Shown here in pieces: positions 37,847 through 42,487 of a stretch of DNA of 42,487 nucleotides. The stretch comes from a virus. Lineage: Duplodnaviria > Caudoviricetes. The number at the start of each line of letters is the position of its first letter. Positions within the stretch are counted from its first letter, which is position 1. The notes beneath the pieces are model-generated. The model was given only the letters and a program-made list of their open reading frames with translations, was not told where the DNA came from and searched no databases. Made by a program: the position numbers and the translations under genes. Location: IMG/VR virus record IMGVR_UViG_3300020161_000275, positions 1 through 42,487 of that record; one strand, given 5' to 3'.

Positions 37847-38914
37847 TTATCCTAATGTCAATGCAAATTTTGCCGCAATATCGTTGGCACCTGTTTCAGA
37901 TACTGCGCCTGACACACCGGCAGGACTAGCCCATTGTAGCCCGTCCCATATTTCTAGAGCCTTAGAGTTTGTATTATATCTTGTCAGTCCTACAGGAATC
38001 GTAGGATATCCTAGTAATGCGCTGGGTCTTTCTGAGGTGGTTCCTGATGGCGGTATAAATCCATTGGTTCCTGCGATTTTAAAATAACCAGTTCCTGTCT
38101 GTGCAAATTCTGTAACTGCACCCGAAACTGTATTAGTAATTCTATTGGTAGAAATTTCAAGATTTCCAATCTGCACAGTTCCTGTGCCATTGGGGTCTAT
38201 GATTAAATCTTGATTAGTTGCGGTAGTGATAGTGTTGTCATAGAAAACTAGGTCGCCGACGTTAAAGGTATTCAAAGATAAGTTAGTAGCAGTGACATTA
38301 TTAGCATAGACATCGCGCCAACCAAAACTAGCATTACCTAAATCGTAGGTGTTGTCAGTTTCTGGTATGAGATCTGAGTTGATGCTGGCATTGATCGTGA
38401 TAGTATCAGTAATGCTGTCGCCGATGATTAGATCACCGTCGATCTGTATGTTTCCTGTAGCACGTATATTTCCAGAAACATCGAGATCTCCAGTAATATT
38501 AGTAGAACTCTGTATATCTACTATGCCTGTGCCGTTAGGGTTGAATTCTAGATTAGCATTGGTGTCTACTGTAGAAATCACATTATCGCGTATTTCTAGA
38601 CTGTCTACTTGTAATCTAGCATGGTATACCGTGGCTTCGCCTGCGGCCGCTGAAAATCCCAGTGTTCCTGTACTGGTACTGAGAGTATTACCTGTTATGG
38701 TAATATTGCCTACTGTAAGTTCGTCGCCAACTTCTAGATTTGAAGTTCTAGCGGTTCCTATGATATCTAGAGCGTACTGTGGAGAACTGTTGTTGATGCC
38801 CACACGAGAGTTATTGACATCGAGATATAGTAGGTCAGTCTCAAAAGCTAAGTCCACACCATCTCTGATGAGGTTCGCTTTTAAGAGCTGTCCGGAAATG
38901 CGACCAACGGCCAT
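37847..38914 (-). CDS. Fibre/baseplate-associated structural protein (355 aa)
   Basis: True start ATG 38914 (AGGAGAG RBS): MAVGRISGQLLKANL; repeated I..N.I.T...N.DL...PNGTG; PSGTTSERP..RYNT...EIWDG..W. Confidence 0.78.
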   Translation of the reverse strand: MAVGRISGQLLKANLIRDGVDLAFETDLLYLDVNNSRVGINNSSPQYALDIIGTARTSNLEVGDELTVGNITITGNTLSTSTGTLGFSAAAGEATVYHARLQVDSLEIRDNVISTVDTNANLEFNPNGTGIVDIQSSTNITGDLDVSGNIRATGNIQIDGDLIIGDSITDTITINASINSDLIPETDNTYDLGNASFGWRDVYANNVTATNLSLNTFNVGDLVFYDNTITTATNQDLIIDPNGTGTVQIGNLEISTNRITNTVSGAVTEFAQTGTGYFKIAGTNGFIPPSGTTSERPSALLGYPTIPVGLTRYNTNSKALEIWDGLQWASPAGVSGAVSETGANDIAAKFALTLG

Positions 38915-39012
38915 AAGCTCTCCTAAGTACGGGGATCCTGTCCCTCCAACCACCTTACGTTGCGGGTTGACCACAGTGCTGATCTTACGAGGTTTGGTCC
39001 ACCTACGTAATT
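38915..39012 (-). ncRNA. Candidate structured cis-regulatory 5' leader (possible pseudoknot)
   Basis: About 100-nt GC-richer leader between TATAAATA and the RBS, with three stems and a loop-to-downstream pairing found by eye. Confidence 0.45.
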
Positions 39013-39017
39013 AGTAG

Positions 39018-39025
39018 TATTTATA
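39018..39025 (-). promoter_or_regulatory. Perfect T4 late promoter TATAAATA
   Basis: Exact match to the gp55-dependent consensus, intergenic. Confidence 0.8.
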
Positions 39026-39037
39026 CAGATTGGAGAT

Positions 39038-40975
39038 TTAACCCAGTATGAGGCTGTAAAGGCGACCTAGTTCGTCCATGGCCTCTTCTGTGACCACATT
39101 ACCACCACCTGTGGACACTTGCCAAACTGTGCCGTCCCAACATTCTAGATAGTCTAGATCAGTGTTCCAACGTGTTGTGCCTAGTCCTAAAACCTCTCGT
39201 TGAGCAGTAGTTCCTGCGGGTATTAGAAAACCGTTGTTGTCAACGAATCGCAGATATCCTGTTCCTGTCTGAATGAATTCTACAGGAGTATTCAGTTGAT
39301 TGATAACTTTTACTGGATTTACGGTAACTGTTAGTTTATTTAATGCAGCGTAATTTACTATAAAAAAATCATCGTTATAGATTTTTAAAGAAGTAACATA
39401 AAGATCAGTGTATACAGTTTCGCCTTGATCTATTAGGGTTCCGCTAACTGGTTGAAATGCCACAGGTAAACTGATAATTTGAAATTCTCCTATCAGAGAA
39501 TTACAATAAATTGTCAGTCCGTCGTTGCTAAATGCAAATAAGTATGTCAATGATGATGCTGCTGCCAGTGAATATGTCAATGAGGTAACGATAGATCCAG
39601 CAATATTCCACGCTGTAGCGAGCTGATAGTATAAAAAAGTTCTGCTTATTTTTTGAAGTACTATTAGTTTTGTTCCGTCTGGACTAAACCATAAGTCGTA
39701 TGTACCAAAAGATGAAATAGAAAGAGATCCTGCGGCTGTAGCTGTGGTAATATTCCAGGGAGTTGATAGATTGTATTGAAAAATTCTTCTGCTAGTACCA
39801 GTTCTTCCAGAAACATAAAATCTAGTGCCGTCAGATTTAAAAAACATACCACCTAGATTTGAACTTGTGTTGACTCCTCCTAGGCCGATGAGATTTATTT
39901 CTGAATATGAATTTTGGTCTCCTATAGAGCTAGGATCGTAGGCCGTAGATAACGGATAAGATCTTACTGAGGCATAATCTGTAAGCACAAATACCACGGT
40001 TCCGTCATTGTTAAAACTGAATCCTTGTCCTGGTCTAGAGTCAACTCCCCCGAAACCGTCGTCTTCAAGGAATGTACCGATACTAGCTATGTCATAATAG
40101 GTAATGTCTTCTATTTTAAAACTTTCAAGATAGATATTTCCAGAGTCTGCGATCAATCTCACTGAATCATTGCTCTGTATACTGCTGATAGTATTAGTGG
40201 TTCCTATAGCTCTAAGTTGATCTGATACGGTAAACCCGTCGGCTACGAAACTGTTGACATTGTCGATGCCGTAAAGCTGAATACTATCCCATTTTTTTAA
40301 AGGTGATCCTAGATCGTAGGTATTATTTGCTCCGGGAATGAGTCCTTGGCGGAAATCTGTGTTGATGGCTATAGTATCTATGGCATTATCGCCGACGATC
40401 AACTGTCCGTTGAGCTGCACATACTGGCGACCTCTGATATTTCCTGTTACTTCAACATTACCTGTTACTACAGTATTAGCTAACAGTTCAACTTTTCCTG
40501 TACCGCTAGCTGACAATACAATACTTTGATTAGAGTTGAGACCTTTTATACTCTGTCCGTTGAAATCTAATTCGTCTGTGAGCAGCTGACCGTGATAAAA
40601 TTTAGTGTTTGGATTTGAAGTTTCTACTGATATAGGACCTACAGTAGTTCTAAAAATATTGTCAGTGCCTATGATGATATTATCTATAGTAGCTTTAACT
40701 CCATTGACTATTACATCACCAGTGACTTTAGCATAACCTGGAGAATCTAGATCTCTAGTAGGAGCAGCAGCGTTGAATCCAATGCGCTGATTTATAACAT
40801 CGACTACTAGCAGATCTGCATCTGAAGATCCGTTTCTAACTGAAAGATTTGAACTACGTGTGAGATTAGGCTGCAGTAATTTTCCGCTGATTCGACCTAG
40901 CTGTGCTACATACGCACTTTCACTACCGCCAGATTCTATACCACCAATATCATCTTCGCCTAATGGTCCTGACAT
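39038..40975 (-). CDS. Structural protein paralogous to 37847-38914, with inserted beta-propeller
   Basis: GRISGKLLQPNL, NNTYDLG, QTGTGY...IPAGTTAQR...LILG shared with the neighbour; F..DGT.....Y.L.T.W.I repeats in the middle. Confidence 0.78.
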   Translation of the reverse strand: MSGPLGEDDIGGIESGGSESAYVAQLGRISGKLLQPNLTRSSNLSVRNGSSDADLLVVDVINQRIGFNAAAPTRDLDSPGYAKVTGDVIVNGVKATIDNIIIGTDNIFRTTVGPISVETSNPNTKFYHGQLLTDELDFNGQSIKGLNSNQSIVLSASGTGKVELLANTVVTGNVEVTGNIRGRQYVQLNGQLIVGDNAIDTIAINTDFRQGLIPGANNTYDLGSPLKKWDSIQLYGIDNVNSFVADGFTVSDQLRAIGTTNTISSIQSNDSVRLIADSGNIYLESFKIEDITYYDIASIGTFLEDDGFGGVDSRPGQGFSFNNDGTVVFVLTDYASVRSYPLSTAYDPSSIGDQNSYSEINLIGLGGVNTSSNLGGMFFKSDGTRFYVSGRTGTSRRIFQYNLSTPWNITTATAAGSLSISSFGTYDLWFSPDGTKLIVLQKISRTFLYYQLATAWNIAGSIVTSLTYSLAAASSLTYLFAFSNDGLTIYCNSLIGEFQIISLPVAFQPVSGTLIDQGETVYTDLYVTSLKIYNDDFFIVNYAALNKLTVTVNPVKVINQLNTPVEFIQTGTGYLRFVDNNGFLIPAGTTAQREVLGLGTTRWNTDLDYLECWDGTVWQVSTGGGNVVTEEAMDELGRLYSLILG

Positions 40976-40981
40976 AATCTA

Positions 40982-41641
40982 TTACGCTCCTGTACCGCCG
41001 TTTAGTGCTTTAACTACTGTGGCTAATCTATTTAAAGCTTCGCCCACTGTCGATGGTGCTGTTCCTGCCCAATCACCGGCCGCAGCGGGATAATATCTTA
41101 AATTGGCACTGACTGCATCTACCAACAGTGTGCTGTCGTCTGCAAACACCGAACCTTTGATGTCTCCAACTCCGCCTTCAAATGCGATAGTAATCGTATC
41201 GGTGCCGGCATTGGTGGTTATATCTATTCCGGTGCCTGCGACCAATGTCAATGTGTCGTTGGTGCTGTCCGCAATTACAGTACTTTGACCTGCGACAGCG
41301 ATATTTTTAAAATTATCTGGTGCTGCGGCAGCGATGCTGTTGGCTACACTAGCTGGTAATGTACCAAATACATTTTTCCCGCCTGCGGGAAAATTTACCA
41401 GTGATCCGCTGTTTGAACTAGAAAGTATAGTATCTCTGGACAGCACTGTTCCTGATGATGAAACTGTGCCGCGACCTATTTCCCAATTGCCGGCATTGTC
41501 CAAGATGCCATAATAGGTTTCGTTGCCATCACCTACGGCGCTAAAACCACGAAAACCAAATACTGTTTCTGTAAGTGTTAGGCTTCCTGTTCCGGCGGTC
41601 TGCGATCTTACTTTAACTCTATCGGCTAAAATCAATGCCAT
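40982..41641 (-). CDS. Short tail-fibre-like protein
   Basis: MALILADRVK...TGSLTL...WEIGRG...LSRDTILSSSN..LVNFPAG.K.VF.T.PA fibre N-terminus; DTLTLVAGTGI.ITT.A.TDTITI module. Confidence 0.72.
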   Translation of the reverse strand: MALILADRVKVRSQTAGTGSLTLTETVFGFRGFSAVGDGNETYYGILDNAGNWEIGRGTVSSSGTVLSRDTILSSSNSGSLVNFPAGGKNVFGTLPASVANSIAAAAPDNFKNIAVAGQSTVIADSTNDTLTLVAGTGIDITTNAGTDTITIAFEGGVGDIKGSVFADDSTLLVDAVSANLRYYPAAAGDWAGTAPSTVGEALNRLATVVKALNGGTGA

Positions 41642-41668
41642 ACCATATCTCCAAAATACTTGATATAG

Positions 41669-41674
41669 TATTTA
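41669..41674 (-). promoter_or_regulatory. Late promoter core gTAAATA
   Basis: Intergenic, upstream of a GGAG RBS; overlaps a 7-bp inverted repeat AAATACT/AGTATTT. Confidence 0.6.
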
Positions 41675-41687
41675 CCCGATTTTGATT

Positions 41688-42203
41688 TTATACGTAACCG
41701 TAGTAGATGTAGACAAATTTGTCTAGAGGAACGGGGCTGGTAAACACTATTCTAGTGTCTCCTGGTGTGCCTAGATAATCATAGGCTAGATTAAAGTTAG
41801 TATCCGCATGTTGAAATACGTTTTCTACATATACTAGAATGCTGAGTTCGGTGCTAGGAACTTCATCTAGAGGACCAAACGTAGTCTCAACATCATCACC
41901 TGGGCCTAGCTCTTGTCTAGATACTGCGCTGACTCCAGGTGCAACCACGGTTTCCCAAGCACCGTCAACATAGGCTTCTACTTCATCCGAATCAACATTA
42001 TATCTAATAAATCCATTAGGACCGTTGGGATTTTTACCTGGAGCATCGCCAGGTTTAGTACCTTGCGGACGTTGTGCTGTTGTTCCTTTTGGTAAACGTA
42101 GACCGCCAGTAAGATCCATTACTGCACGACCAAACTGGTTAGTAAACATAGCGTTATCGCTAGGACTATAACGTGAAAGAGTTTTCTGTTTAAGAAATTT
42201 CAT
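41688..42203 (-). CDS. Virion structural protein
   Basis: LRLPKGTTAQRP..GFIRYN...EAY..GAW and GD...TFG...LVYVENVFQ...IVFTSPVP modules typical of T4-like baseplate/fibre proteins. Confidence 0.72.
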   Translation of the reverse strand: MKFLKQKTLSRYSPSDNAMFTNQFGRAVMDLTGGLRLPKGTTAQRPQGTKPGDAPGKNPNGPNGFIRYNVDSDEVEAYVDGAWETVVAPGVSAVSRQELGPGDDVETTFGPLDEVPSTELSILVYVENVFQHADTNFNLAYDYLGTPGDTRIVFTSPVPLDKFVYIYYGYV

Positions 42204-42487
42204 ACTGGTAGGGCGCTCACAGTTATACTTAAAAGATTAGCTGCACTGGCTGTAGCTCTGATTTGATTATTTCCTGCTAGGATGATTTTTTCATCAGAGA
42301 AAAACACAGTTTCACCTGCAGGGACCATCAAATTTTTAACTATAGTATTAGTAGTTGAACTAGTACCTGTAGTACTAAGGTTTAAAGTCAGTGTAGATTG
42401 ATTGATAGTTTCGTCGATTAGTAAAGGATCAGGAGCTCCAGTATTGCAGACTATTATGCAGACCACTGCCATGTCTTGAACTGTGCC
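42200..42487 (-). CDS. Small beta-sandwich virion adaptor protein, 5' end outside window
   Basis: Frame stays open to the window edge (GTVQD-MAVVCIIVCN); VPAGETVFFSDEKIIL..QIRA motif; ATGA overlap with the next gene. Confidence 0.68.
   Translation of the reverse strand, partial: GTVQDMAVVCIIVCNTGAPDPLLIDETINQSTLTLNLSTTGTSSTTNTIVKNLMVPAGETVFFSDEKIILAGNNQIRATASAANLLSITVSALPV

Noticed and set aside
38349-39014. 221-aa plus-strand ORF and other plus-strand ORFs within 8339-42487
   Set aside because: Antisense to well-supported genes, with the low-information composition expected from mirror-frame codon bias
1-42487. Stop-codon reassignment
   Set aside because: Genes up to 8.5 kb are open in the standard code, and TAA, TGA and TAG all end plausible genes
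1-42487. tRNA, CRISPR array, integrase, intron or intein
   Set aside because: Intergenic gaps are too short and no recognisable signatures were seen

Overview
A 42.5-kb piece of the virion morphogenesis region of a large T4-like myovirus, probably an uncultured aquatic jumbo phage. It is almost entirely coding and mostly on the minus strand. The left end holds an enlarged gp18-like tail sheath that runs off the window and is missed by the ORF track, an HNH-like gene, a dNMP kinase, gp13/gp14 neck genes (divergently transcribed), a gp15-like tail terminator and a degenerate NUDIX-like gene. The rest is a block of fibre/appendage genes, including giant 2052, 2834 and 1817 aa mosaic proteins and small adaptor proteins. 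Embedded in this block are three ~10% cysteine paralogues, a fibre-chaperone-like gene, a GT9-like glycosyltransferase and a NodU/CmcH/TobZ O-carbamoyltransferase. T4-type late promoter cores (TAAATA) precede structural genes, several only 5-7 nt before the ATG. Near-consensus sigma70 promoters precede the kinase and the GT/carbamoyltransferase pair; the latter promoter sits inside a terminator hairpin. The leading hypothesis (inference) is a phage-encoded system that glycosylates/carbamoylates the virion, with the Cys-rich fibre proteins and/or recurring acidic D-(G)-S-(S/T) loops as acceptors. All product calls come from motif recognition by eye; no database searches were run.
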